DNA of 63,722 nucleotides, counting the filler, from Vannella sp. (Eukaryota): assembly GCA_023345925.1 (NCBI GenBank). It is 5 parts of 5 records of this genome, joined end to end, with 100 filler letters (N's around TTAATTAATTAA, not from the genome) between each part and the next. Parts side by side here need not be neighbours in the genome. Positions count along the whole stretch, not along the records: positions 8,447 to 38,836 come from JAJQQN010000041.1; positions 38,937 to 46,901 come from JAJQQN010001334.1; positions 47,002 to 58,974 come from JAJQQN010001070.1; 2 more parts are not named here. One strand, 5' to 3'. The translations under genes were made by a program, and so were the position numbers. This document shows positions 35,107 through 47,211 of this stretch, piece after piece. The notes beneath the pieces are model-generated. The model saw only the letters and a list, made by a program, of their open reading frames with translations. It was not told the DNA's origin and did no database searches. The stretch's first letter is position 1. The number at the start of each line of letters is the position of its first letter.

Positions 35107-36737
35107 TTATGAGCGAGATTGTTGGCGCTGAGTCAGCACAAGAGTCGCGAGTGTTTCGAATGCGCGGATAATTGCACGTTGTCCGGTACAGGCGTTTACT
35201 CTATCTTGGTATTGTATCCCTATTTGTGGTCAGATGCATCAGAGGGAGGCCTGTGAGACTGACTTCGGTGTCTGATTGGAGCATTTTGAGGGGTGACAGG
35301 GCTGAAGTCGGCCACACAGTCTTGTTTTGTAGCTAGCACCATACTCACAGACCCTGTACCATCTAAGGCATCTATTGCCTCAATCCAGCGGATGCAATCT
35401 TCGTACGAAGCCTGCAGAAGGTCAGAGTGCCCTCAAGGACAGTGCTCTTTCAATGAAAGAACATACCAAGGACGCCAAGTCGTAAACAAAGACAAAAGCA
35501 TGGGCTCCCTCAAAGTAGAGAGGCCCCAAATTGTGATACTGAAAGGGTTTGGGTGAGAATGAATGTCGCACTCCGTATCGAGAAAGGGCCCTACTTTCGG
35601 CTTTCCAGAGAGTTCCCAAATGTCTAGTTTGACGGAAAGCGAGCTTGCTAACGGCAAAGTCCACTTGGACAGGGCAGCACTGCAGCCTTTCAGACACTAT
35701 TTGTTCCTAAATGGCGGTTGAGCTTACCCGATGGTTGAAGGAATGGATTGCTCGAAAGAATATCCTTGTAGTGCACGTATGGCAGCGGTTTTGCCAGCCC
35801 CAAAGCTCCCTAATACAACAATTTTGATTGTTTGCATGTTCTCTATCGCTGAGATGTCCAGGGGCGACATCATTTGTGATCCTATACCAATCACAAAGAC
35901 GGTTAACACCTTCAGAAGAAGTTTTCTGAGCCACCCACTTGCGAGGGTTTGCCTATTGGGCCTTCGAGGGGGAGGACGCATCGACATTCGCTGCTCTGAT
36001 GGCTTCGCATTGATCTCTGATTGGTGCTTCTTCTTATATACTCTCTTCCACTCCAATCCTAGGTCGTACACGCGCACCCGCTTTCATTAGATCCCTGAAA
36101 ACACGCTCCAAGTCACTTATTTGGATGACTGAGGCTGAGACGTTCCAGCGGCGGCAGTAGATCGTTTGCCACATCTTGTCCGAGTCCGCGAGATCGTGAA
36201 AACCGGAGCAGACAAGGAACAGGCCAAAGTAGAAAGGCTCCCGCAAGCAACAGAAGATCTTCGTTATCACATCTGCCGGTAACTCGTTCCAGTAGCACTT
36301 GGCGTCGAGATCCTCTGGCTCACAGAACAGAGTAAGTCCTCTTAGTCTACTCTCTCTTCTCGAGTGATGGCGGGGAGACCGTATGGAGAGCTCCTGGCCT
36401 TCAAGGGAGGTCGCCCGAACACGATCTCTGCATTGAACGCAAGCGCGCTTCGACTTCTTGTGGAGAGGAATGTGTACCCTCTCCTGGCAGCACTGGTCAC
36501 AGAAGACGCCCCCACAAAGGCGGCAGTGATGCTACCCGTCCCGATAAGTTCGCTTCGAGGCTATTTCGGCTTCCCGCGACCTACCCTGCGCATGAACACG
36601 TAGAACAAGTTGTTGCACTGGAAGCAGCTCTTTGCTTTGCTATCAGGGAACCAAGCAGGAGTCACTCGACACCATTCCTCGACTGTTGGAGCCGCAAATG
36701 TCTCCGGAGCGAACGGAGGCCGTTCCTCCAAACTCAT
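35107..36737 (-). CDS. FYVE + F-box + Rab/Ras-like small GTPase fusion protein
   Basis: WFPD..CFQC..RR|HHCRLCGGVFCDQC..RACVQC; WNELPADVITKIFCCL..LVCSGF; IVVLGSFGAGKT, LDIWELSG, ATKQD, NACTG. Confidence 0.8.
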
Positions 36738-37044
36738 CACCGAATGACTCAATTTCGCGTTACCACTGCTTTCACAAGCTTGTTGGCTACCACATGAAGG
36801 GCCAGGATCACTTCAGCAACGATTAGACGTCGAGGAGGGGTCTTGAAGCCACTTCATCCAGCCTGGTGGGAAGGAAGGAGGCTCTTCGTGTGTGCTTTGT
36901 TGTTCCTTCAACGTTGTCCTGATATGATGAAAGGGGGATGGACTGCTGGACGGTTCTCTCTCGTTGATGAGAGGGGAAAGGTAGAGGGCCTTCGTTTGTG
37001 GACGGGGGTGTATTTAAGACATCGATAGGAGTGGTATACGGTTG

Positions 37045-38120
37045 CTAGTCAAACTGGAGGGTGGGGAGAATGTTCAGATTGACGGGGGAGTGGAGTTTGT
37101 GAGCGTTCCGACGATGGATGTCTTTGGCGATCTTCTCGTACTCCTGGAACTGACCCCAAGCGTCTGGGCTACAAGAGTCCTTCATCTTAGTCTGCTCCTC
37201 GACGGAGAGTCGGAGGTATTCGGTGTAGAGCTCCACAAAGTCGTAGGAAATGCCCATCTCCTGTTGGAAGTGAGAATGGAGCGCGTTCATCTATCAGAAA
37301 CGTACGTCCTCATCTGTTTGCCCTTCCCAGAGATCCGCAGAGGGTGCTGCTCGCAAGATCTCTTGGGGAACATCCAAGAAGGCTCCCACTTGGAAGACTT
37401 CGCTCTTGTGGATGTCAGCGATGAGTTGGAGGTCGACTACGCCATCTCCAGCCTTGCAGAAGTAACACAGGTAGCCGTCTTCGTCTACTGGCCTTGTCAG
37501 ACCCGGTTCAGAGACGACATGGCCTCCGTACCGTAATTGCCAGTTCCCATCACCACGCATGGGAAGCCACTCTGGCTGAGAAGCTGTGCTGTGTAGTACC
37601 CGACTGGAGTTCGTTGGTAGGAGCGGAGTTGGCCCGTGGCGAAGGAGCCTCCTGTGATGCCGACAGCTTGATCGACCGTTTGGACCAAGAGATCGTGGAT
37701 GGCGGACTGATCCACAGTGACCACCGGTGCGTACTTCTCAAGGAGCAGTGCTCTCTTCCAAATAGAGTCCGTAGAGTGGATCGGTTGAGCCACTCCGACC
37801 AACTGGAAGGCGTCAATCCATGAGAAGTCAATCACAGGGGGAGTGGTTACCTTCTGGATAGGAGAGCCTGGTTGCTTCATAGCGTGTGCACACATTGCCA
37901 TAATGACAGCACTATCCACACCACCGCTGACGGAGATAACAGCGGCCTTGAGGCCATGGCGTCTCATATAGTCATTGAACAGCGTCGTCTGGGCGTTGTT
38001 AGGCGCGAGAAGCACAAGGCTATGCCTACTAACCTTTTCTTGCAGCCAAGCGTCCACATTGAAGCCCCGCGAATCACGAATGGACGACAACAAACCCAAA
38101 AGTTCCCCGCACAGAGCCAT
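37045..38120 (-). CDS. nadE: Single-domain NH3-dependent NAD+ synthetase
   Basis: VISVSGGVDSAV; VMGTGN|DED; KAGDG..IADIHKSEV; APSADLWEGQTDED|EMGISYD; NAHK. No glutaminase domain. Confidence 0.9.
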
Positions 38121-38372
38121 CCAACGGAGAGCGACTAAATGAGAGAACGGAGGATTATTGCTTGTTCCTGAGTGAGGGGAAGTGAGGGAGGTTCATTTCC
38201 CCTCTGCCTTTCCCTCCCTTCTGACGAGAGGCGAGAGGGCCATGGCCACGTTTCCTGTGAAAGCTATATGGAGGGTCATTCTTGGTACCTGTGCCAAGTA
38301 ATGCTTGAGCTCCATAGGATAAGGAATGCATTGCAAGAGAAAACAGAACGATCTGTGTCTCGAGCGAAGAGA

Positions 38373-38467
38373 AAGGGGCGTGTTTGTAGCAAGCGGTCAA
38401 GAGGGTACTCTGACCGCCCTGGGAAGGCCTGGTGTAAGGGGCGTGTTTGTAGCAAGCGGTCAAGAGG
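38373..38467. repeat. Two exact 32-bp direct repeats with a 31-bp spacer
   Basis: AAGGGGCGTGTTTGTAGCAAGCGGTCAAGAGG at 38373 and 38436. Confidence 0.9.
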
Positions 38468-38654
38468 TAGAAAATCCTCGAGAGAAGGGGAACTGGGGAA
38501 GAGGGTTCCAAAACTCAGATCCATTCCAACCGTGAGCTGAAGGTTGGATTGGATGCTGAAATCTGCTGGGTCAAACGCTTCAAAGTGGAACACTGACACC
38601 AGGAAGCTTTTGGGTTTGGGCAAAATCACCCCAAAGTTGGAGACTCCCAAGACC

Positions 38655-38836
38655 ATGACAGTAACTAGACGCGCAGTTGTGAACCCTCCTGCAGCGTCCG
38701 CACCGCACCATCGGTTCGTTAAGTTGTGCGCCCGTGCATTTTACGATGACGACAACTTGAACTTGTTTGCGTCCTGCTTTGCGGTCCTCCGCATGCAGAG
38801 CACTCAGCAAAAGCACTGTTCGGAACTGGGAAGCTC
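38655..38836 (+). CDS. 5' fragment of a gene, possibly TFIIE alpha-like (cut by contig end)
   Basis: RFVKLCARAFYDDD resembles the TFIIE-alpha N-terminal RLVKLxARAFYDD motif; short match only. Confidence 0.3.
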
Positions 38837-39786
38837 NNNNNNNNNNNNNNNNNNNNNNNNNNNNNNNNNNNNNNNNNNNNTTAATTAATTAANNNNNNNN
38901 NNNNNNNNNNNNNNNNNNNNNNNNNNNNNNNNNNNNCATTGCGCCATTCTGGCTTCTCCTTTAGGCATTACAATCGGACTTTCTCTTTCTCTAAATGCAC
39001 CTTTTCACGCTCTCCTTCTGTCCCACATTGCTGCTCCAGTCTTGGCACCTGATTTAATGTTCAGGAATATTATTCGCTCATGACTACAACATCAAGAAGT
39101 GGAGTTGGATTGAGAAGACTCGTGAGGGAGTCGCCACCACTGCCAAGTTGTCAGGACTGAAAGCGTTCTCCATCCAGAGAGTGGGAAATGGATTATTCTT
39201 AGCAATCAGCCCTTCAGAAGAGACTAGAGTGTCTCCGTCTCAGGGAGTTGGGTAGAAATTGTTCAAAGAACCCCTTTGGGGTCCTTTTGTCCTGGTGGAA
39301 GGAGCTGCGTTTAAACCGGAAGGTGTGAGCTGTGTCCGAAGAGATGATCTCAGGTTCTGAGATTCAAGCTTCAGAGATGATGCATAAGCTTGTGATGCGC
39401 CAATCTTGAACGCAGACAGAGTCCATTTCATTGGTTGACCAACCGCCAAAGTTCTCACAAATTGAAAAGCTCACACCATGTCCAGTCGCGGTAGTCTCCC
39501 ATCGATCCAGATGGACTGGCTCTTACCTCTTCGAATGGGTCTGGCTTGGTTCCAAGGTTGATGCCTTTACAGCGCCACAGCTGTGGAAGGAAAAGCTCTT
39601 TGTAACCGATCGTCCCTTCCTTTTTTTCAACAAAAACGAAAAAAAAAAAATTAAAAAATGAACCGTTTTGGCCTATGTTTGCAGACTTGATCGCAGGGAC
39701 GGATCGAGAGTAGCGACGAACCCTTCATCAAACACATCAAGAAGGGGTCCAAACCATGGCGAAGCCTTGGACCATTTCTCTGGGCC

Positions 39787-40134
39787 ATGGTGAACACGGC
39801 GACTCCAAGAAGGAGCCCAAGGCTGCACCCAACTAAAGAAGGCATCACTGCACAGCCGATCTCAATCGTTGGGCTCTCTGAGACTAAGAAGCAAGGGGAG
39901 AAGAAACGCAAGGGATTGGAGCAGCCTCCCGCCCAAAGAACGATAACGAAGACAGCAAAACCACTGAAGAAGAAGCCAGCCTCCACCCGTATGGTCAAGC
40001 AGCAGCTAGGAGAGCTTGACAACCTCCTCCATGGAGCACCTGGCCCTTCCAAAAAGCGACGGCAATCGAGCTACAAAGAAGAGGAGCCGTCCTTCTCAAG
40101 GATAAACGCGAAGTACCTCAGCATCGTCAAGTGA
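39787..40134 (+). CDS. Small basic protein of unknown function
   Basis: 115-aa Lys/Arg-rich ORF with TPRRSPRL and an NLS-like PSKKRR. Confidence 0.45.
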   Translation: MVNTATPRRSPRLHPTKEGITAQPISIVGLSETKKQGEKKRKGLEQPPAQRTITKTAKPLKKKPASTRMVKQQLGELDNLLHGAPGPSKKRRQSSYKEEEPSFSRINAKYLSIVK

Positions 40135-40185
40135 AGCACCATTCAGACCTCTACTGATACGTATCATTCGTATAATACACGCGAT

Positions 40186-40887
40186 TTATCTCCTGTTCAC
40201 GAAGAAGGGATCTGGCGAGGGGGTAAATAGATCTCTTCGAGACGGGGATTGAGGCGTTTCACTGCGGGTAGGGGTTGATAGGTGGCGAGGTATCAAGTGC
40301 TCTTGTAAGATGCTTCGAAGGGGTGGTAGCCGTTGAGGAGACATGGGTGGTGGAGGTGGCGTGGTGGATTTGGAGTTACCCAAAGGTGATTCTGAAGGGG
40401 CTGAACGGGCCATGGTGTTCTCTTCAGATGGTGGCGGAGACAGAGTGGGAGACCGCGCTTCGTGAGATGAGAAGTCCGGTATGGCACACACTTCAGTGAG
40501 TTTTCCCGTGTTATCGACCTCGCTGTTATGCCAGATGATCTGATCAGATACTCTTGTAAGGTATTCTTGGGCTCTCCGTTGGATGAGATCGCTTTCCGTG
40601 GCAGCGTCTGTGGGTGGTTCGAAGATCGCATCTTTTGTGGCCAGAAGAACGGCCAGCTTCTTCTGGTGTTTGTCTCGTTGGTGGTTGCGTTGACCCATTT
40701 GGGCTTGTAGTTCTTCGATTTGTTGGTTGATACTCTTCAGTTTCCGGTAAGGCCATCGACCGACTCCTTCCCTTCGGCATTGCCTCTTCAAGGAAGTCGG
40801 GCATACGCCCATCGCTTTGGCTGCTTCCCGAAGAGGAAGATGGTAGAAGTCTTGAAGCTTCGGGTTGACGTTGTCTTGCATGAGCAT
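40186..40887 (-). CDS. RWP-RK domain transcription factor
   Basis: YHLPLREAAKAMGVCPTSLKRQCRREGVGRWPYRKLKS followed by a short coiled coil. Confidence 0.92.
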   Translation of the reverse strand: MLMQDNVNPKLQDFYHLPLREAAKAMGVCPTSLKRQCRREGVGRWPYRKLKSINQQIEELQAQMGQRNHQRDKHQKKLAVLLATKDAIFEPPTDAATESDLIQRRAQEYLTRVSDQIIWHNSEVDNTGKLTEVCAIPDFSSHEARSPTLSPPPSEENTMARSAPSESPLGNSKSTTPPPPPMSPQRLPPLRSILQEHLIPRHLSTPTRSETPQSPSRRDLFTPSPDPFFVNRR

Positions 40888-41129
40888 AGGCAGGGTTGTC
40901 TCAATGAATGAGGCAAAAGGGGACGCTTGAGCGATCCTATCTTAGGTTTTGGTTCGGTATGCATTCCATTCTCCTTATATGGGACTATTCTTCAATGAAC
41001 CTCAAAAGGTATATTTGTTAAACCAATCACAATCGTTTCTAAAGATGAACATCCTAAAGAGGGAACATCAAGTATGCTTCTATTTTTACCCTCCCAAACA
41101 TCGAAAATCTAAAAACAGCTATTCGATTT

Positions 41130-42662
41130 TCAATTGTAGGTAAATTGGGGCATGTCGCTTGGCTGGCGCAGAAGGATAAAGCTCGTATCCCACCCAATGG
41201 ACTCCAGATCGGTCAGGAAACGCGGAAATTGTTGGACAGAGAGCGCGTAGGATTCCTTGAGAAGTGTTGATGAGTCCTTTCCACTCCCAGAGTTCTCACG
41301 GGAGAGATGATTGAAAGCCTGGGCCTGGAAGAAAGCAAGTATCCGATCCCGCTCAGTGGCATCCTTATGAAGACAAACCTCCACATGTCCCCCAGAAGCA
41401 CTTATCAAGTAGTTCTCAAGCACTGCGGTCTCCCCTCGATTGTGAGACAAAAGAGTCTCCATGTCCCCGGATGACTTGAGCAGTTGCGAAATAGAAGCAC
41501 CCACAGTGATTTTGCATGAAGGCTGATAGCTCGAAACGAACACTTCCTTCTCTCTGACATCATTGGGGGATGGCAAAACGTTCTCACTTTGAGAAGGATT
41601 CGAGAGGAATGCTTGCATAACAATTTCCCCTCTCTGTTCGTTGAGGAAGCGGACATTCAGGTTCTTCAAGGAGCAGTAGCCGCAGTAAAGATGAGCGGCA
41701 CTGAGGAGAATGCAGTTAGCAGCAAGGAGGAGAGGTGTCTCATAATGTTGACAAGCAAAGGACACTCCGATTCCGTAGAACATGCCGACAACGTACATTC
41801 CCACTCCCTGGGACTGACTCTTAGCCGTGATATCACCTAGATTCTTGCCCTTCACTGCGCTCGCAAAGTGTCGATTCACATTCGCCTTTACGGTTCCGGA
41901 CGCCATTCCAGACACAGCCTTCAACAATGTTGCCACAGAGGCCATTGGAATGAAGTACAAAGGGAAGAACTGGACTGCCATCTCTACCTGATCCCAGTTA
42001 TATCAGTTAGGTGCTGAGCAAGAGGTCTACGGGCTCTCTCACAGCAACACCGACGTTGAGAATGATGTCTGAAAGCCACTTGGAGCGCTTCAGATGGACG
42101 TCGAAGTAGTTGCCTACTTTGTTGGCCACTACCATTATACCCACACAGGCTAACACATCCTGATGTCGGGTGAGTTGAAGCACGAAGAGTTGAAGCACCA
42201 AGAGATGAGGTCCTGATCACTCACCTTCAGCACCCAGTTTGCAGTAGCTGCAAGTGGGAGAGCAATGCCACTCCCCACGCCAACTGAGGTGAGTAGAGAT
42301 TGAGTTGCGAACACTTGAAGAGCTGAGCTAGCGGCCCATTGGACGTTCCAGTGCTTCTGAACGTTCCAGTAGTCCTCACTGACGCTCCTTGGATACCCAG
42401 CAGGCATAAAGAAGCGCTTTGCAAAGTCTAATCGTCGTACAAAGCCCATGGGCGAGGATTCCCCCGCAGGAGTCGCAGAGTTGTGAGGCGAGCCCTCCCC
42501 TCCCTGAAGGGGGAAGAAGGAGCTTTTCTGATGAACCCCATGGCCTATGAGCTGAGTTATACCACGATGTTGGTGTTTGTTCTCTCCTCCTGATGGAGTC
42601 GTCCCACAACTCCGAAAGGCCACCGACAAGCCGGTTCTCCGCACCAGCAAGCAGCCCAACAT
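41130..42662 (-). CDS. RUS1/DUF647 (root-UVB-sensitive, C16orf58-like) family protein
   Basis: FMPAGYPRSVSEDY..ATQSLLTSVGVG..NWVLK; HFA..NLGDITAKSQSQ; FLNEQR. Confidence 0.88.
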
Positions 42663-43004
42663 CACAATGAAAAGGTTTAGATTCTCAAGAAACCTTGTGT
42701 GTTCGGGGGTTAGCTCCCTCTTGTCTAAATGAAGAGAGAATCCCTGAGAGAGAGGAGAAGAGGGCAGAACTTGTGTGGTTGATCACGTTGCTTGTTCTGA
42801 TGACCTCCATCTCTTCAGCATAAGCTACGAGATCGATTACTTGTCTCTTTTGAGAGCTTTATCGCCACCACGGAATGCCAGCACGGGACTTCTCATCTCA
42901 TCTTGAATCATTTCAAAGATCCATTATTTTTTATTCTTTGGAGCAAATGCTGGGATCTTGGTCCAATTGGCTATTTGGTACGGCCATCATTCACTTTGTT
43001 CGGG

Positions 43005-45775
43005 ATGGCTGAGCCAGCTGCCGTTGAGAAGGCCAAAGAACCTCAGGTGCCCGTGGTGATCCAGCAGGTTCCTGAAGGTGCTGTGCAACCTGTTGCTGGA
43101 CCTCCAATGAGTCAAGTTGCTGTCGCTTACGTGAAGGATAGCGTGTTTCTTCAGCACGTCCTTTCTGCGCCTGTTCTTGTGGTCCTCTCCTTCTACATTG
43201 GAGGGATTCTCGTTTGGCCTATTTTCCTGGCGGTTTCTGTTGTCCTCTCCATCAGGTCCTTAAAAGCAAAGAAGGCTATCGTCTACGAAACCTTCATCTC
43301 CAGTATGGAAGAGGATGTCATCAACACGGTCCAAGAAGTCGCTTGGTTGAACCAAATTGTGATGAAGTACTGGAACACCTGCGTCCCTGCCCTGGTGAAA
43401 CCTCAAATCGACAATGTCTCTGCGGTGATGATGGCTAACAAGCCCATGTTCTTGGTGCGTTTGCCTTTCACTGGGTGTTTTCTCCCTAATGACCTTCTAT
43501 AGTCTAAGCTCAAGATTGGCAAATGGTCTCTTGGAAAGAAAGCTCCTCGCCTTTCCCAGATCCGTACCCCCAAGGAGAAGAGGCTCTCCAAATACGTCAG
43601 TTTGCTTCCACTTGTACGAGAACCACTTACTTACGATTGAGTAGGTTCTTGATGGACAGTTGACCTTCGCCCCTGATCTCTTCTTGGAGCTCATGGTCGA
43701 GCCCCTCTCTCCGATCGCTATTCCTTTGAAGATCGTCCTTTCTAACGTTGTCTTCAGTGGGAGAGTGAGTTGAACTGCTCCATCTACCCGTTTCCCCACT
43801 CACAGGTTCAACAGTTGAAGGTTCGGTTCAGTCTCAACCAGGAGAAGCCCGAGAACAGCGTAGTCAGTGTGTGCTTCGTTGGAGACCCTCAAATCGAGTT
43901 CGCTGTCAAGGTTGGTTGCGCAAACAGGTGCTAACGAAGAGGCTAACCGCGGATCTGTTTCATCTGTTTAGCCTATGGGTGCCGTCAACATGTTCGACAT
44001 CACCGCGTTCTACAACTGGCTGAAGTCGCTCATTATGGATGCTATCCGCCCCGTGTTGGTGTGGCCTCAGAAGATTGAGTTCGCATTAGGAGGAGAAATG
44101 TCATCGGAGCACCACGGTATGCCAGTTCAACCACCGCAGAAGGGTTTGACTCATCTTGGGTGAATAGCCGAGGAACCTATCACTGATATTGCTATCATTG
44201 ATGCTGATGAGCTGAGCGAGCCTCCTGGCTATCTCATCATCAACAAATGCATGAATGGCAGCTTAATCGCCAACTTGAACCTCAGCGCTGGAGGCAAGAC
44301 CATGTATTGCACATACCAACGTGTAGGTGACTCTTTGGTGGAAGCTCAGGGTAGCTGACGCATGCGACAGGATCCTGCTGGCGAGCCAATCACTGGCATT
44401 GCAGTAATCTGCCCTACCAAGGGCGAGACTGCCCCGGAAGGGTTCACAATCATCAAGACCACACCAAGTGGCCTCACTGCCAACCTTAACAGTGGAAATA
44501 AGGGAGATGAGGTTTACCTCTGCTACACGAAGCGTCCTGGAACACCAATCACTGGACTAGCAGTTCAGAATCTCAAGGAAACGGTCAACTACGACACTTC
44601 GTACACTCGCGTTGAGATCACTCCTTCGGGCTGCACTGCCAATACCAACCGAGGAGTCAGTGACGAGGCGAATCCCATCTTCTTTGCTTATCGAGGCGGC
44701 TACCAATCTTACTTTGGACACCAACCAGGTACTTACATTGGTGTTCTCCCCTTTCTCCACCATCTGACCATCACCTTCAGTGTATCGTGGTACTGAGGGA
44801 GGTCTGTTGCGAGTTTGCTTGTACGAGGCTCAAGATCTCAAGGCCGCAGATCTGGGCGGAACTAGCGACCCTTACGGAGTTCTCACCGTGGACGCTCCTG
44901 ATGCTAAGAAGCCAGTGAAGAAGAAGAGCAAGACCATCCCCAAGACGCTCGATCCAACCTGGGACCAGTTCTTCTACTTCAACGCCAAGTCTACGGATGT
45001 CCTTTCTGTGGACATCTTCGATTGGGATCTCGGCCCAGGATCTGACGACTTCCTCGGAAAGACTCAACTTCCACTCAACACTCTCGTCCATGGAAAGATG
45101 GTTGACCAATGGGTGAACTTGCAACACGTCAAAAAGGGTGTTGTGCGCCTGCAGATTACGGCTGTCGATTGGGGTCTTCCTGCTGAAGGAAACGAGGCGG
45201 CTCCTCTCGAAGCTCTCGTGTGCGCGGCTTCTGGTGGACTGTTTAGTAAGATCGGCAAGGCGGTGCCCGGCCGAACCGACTCCTCTGCCATGATCAACCG
45301 TAGTGTCGTCCGCCGTCCCGTTGCTCAAGTGAAGGCCGAGGCCAAGGCCAAGGCTCCTGATGCAGCTTACCTTGAAAAGAAGGGCCATGTTGAGAAGCTT
45401 CCTTCTTCTTCTGGTATTGGTCTCTCGCAAGGATGGCAGCGCCGTTGGTTTGTTGTCCAAGAGCACAAGCTCTCTTACTATCGATCTCACAAGGACTCTC
45501 TGGACAGCACCTTGGGCACTATTGGTCTCCGCAATGCCACGATCACCTGCGACGAGAGCGATAATGAGTACATCTTCGTGGTGTCCACCAAGATCAAGGA
45601 CTTGCAATGCAAGGCAACCAACGAAGCAGAGTTCTTGGAGTGGTACCACTTCATCAACACCAACATCACAATCGCCAACAACGAACGTTCCCGTTTCGAC
45701 ACCGCTCCTGACGCTGAGGAGGAGCACTTCGCCACTGAGAACAGCGGAGAAGTCGAAGCATCTGAAGCCCAATAA
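43005..45775 (+). CDS. Extended-synaptotagmin-like protein: TM hairpin, SMP, MABP, C2, PH
   Basis: EVAWLNQIVMKYW..SLGKKAP..LVWP (SMP); three EPITGIAV..ANLN..YLCY repeats (MABP); DLKAADLGGTSDPY..DWDL..DDFLG (C2); WQRRWFVV..LEW (PH). Confidence 0.85.
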
Positions 45776-45802
45776 ACCACTCATGTTCCTCCTGTATCGC
45801 CT

Positions 45803-46626
45803 TTAGTAGTCCAACTCGCCGCAATCATCGTAATCAGAAAAGTAGGCGCGGTCGCCCTCTTCTGAAGAGTTCCCCGCCTCGTTTGATGAGCTCAGCTCGT
45901 CTGGGTACGAGTTGGCAAAGTAGTCCTCCGCTGATAACCATGTCCACGCTTAGAAATGGCTGTGGCAACCGAATGTGGGCTCTACTCACCATTGGAGTCT
46001 TCCGATGTAAGATCGTCATCGTATTCTGGCCCATGTAGCTCTCCAAAGTCCAAGTTCGACTCAAGGAAGTATCTGTGCAACGATGAGTGAGGGAAGAGTG
46101 GCTTAGATACTCACACAGCGGGGTGCATGCTGAGAACATCAGAGCTGGCGCCCTCTTGCGCTCTGTAAATGTCCACAACGAAGTCCTCATCATGAACAGT
46201 TTGGCTCTTGTCCTTCTTGATGCGCTTCTTGCCAGGTTCAACCACTAACATCTCCTGTAGACGGGTTAGAATGGAGGTAGATCCAAGAAGGGAGACCCTT
46301 GCCTCGTTTGTACTGTGGTAAGGGACTGTCTCCTCTAGTAGATAAAGTCTCCGTTCTAGTATCCAAGTGAGTCAATGAGGATGTGATCCACAAAGGAACC
46401 CACTCCCAAGGACAGAGAGCGCTGCAAACGCATCCTCTAAGGCCTCCCCATTCGGTCTCCGTCTCTTCGCCGGGCTCTCAACCACCATCTCCGAGAGCGG
46501 ATCTTCGACTCTGCGCCTCTTGACACGAAGTACAACATCTGACAGATCCACCGTCTCTGAGGAGGCATTTCCCTCCCCAATCTCTGGTTGAGGGCGCAAC
46601 TGCACAGGGAAGGCCCTGTTGGCCAT
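45803..46626 (-). CDS. IWR1: Iwr1/SLC7A6OS RNA polymerase II nuclear-import factor
   Basis: VVLRVKRRRVEDP at the N-terminus; SEDSN|AEDYFANSYPDE motif across an intron. Confidence 0.8.
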
Positions 46627-47211
46627 GAAATTATGATGTTCTCGTGTACATAAAACCATAAGTAATCGCAAGTGGATCATTAAATGAGAACGGGAGTCTT
46701 TCACCATTTCCCGATCCTTCAAGGAATCGGAGATTAAAAAGGGAATTGGACTGCGATCTTCCCGCTGGTCGTTCTGGCAAACGATTATGTTGTGCCACTC
46801 CCTGTTGGCTTCGAATGGACCCTAGTTCGCGGGAGGAGCGCGAGATTGTGATGAGATCCAAGTCCTTTCCGCCAAGGTTAATGGTGATATTGCCGGAAGA
46901 GNNNNNNNNNNNNNNNNNNNNNNNNNNNNNNNNNNNNNNNNNNNNTTAATTAATTAANNNNNNNNNNNNNNNNNNNNNNNNNNNNNNNNNNNNNNNNNNN
47001 NCCCGTCGATCCACGTTCGACTGAGAAGCACTCATCAGTCCTCCGCTGCCCGGCTTGCTCATCCCAGCCCAGATAATTATGATTAAAAGAGTACTCATTT
47101 TTTTTGGTGATTCATACAAATGGGTTGAAACCTGCGGGACACTGACGAAGGGAGGGAGAATTTTCTTTGGAACTTTCCAGAATCGGAAAAGGAGCACTTT
47201 TCTTTGTTCGC

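Noticed and set aside
38373..38467. CRISPR-like repeat-spacer-repeat
   Set aside because: Only two repeats, no cas genes, and an intron-rich eukaryotic context.
38937..39650. Possible gene fragment at the contig start
   Set aside because: Short open frames with no recognisable family or coherent splice model.
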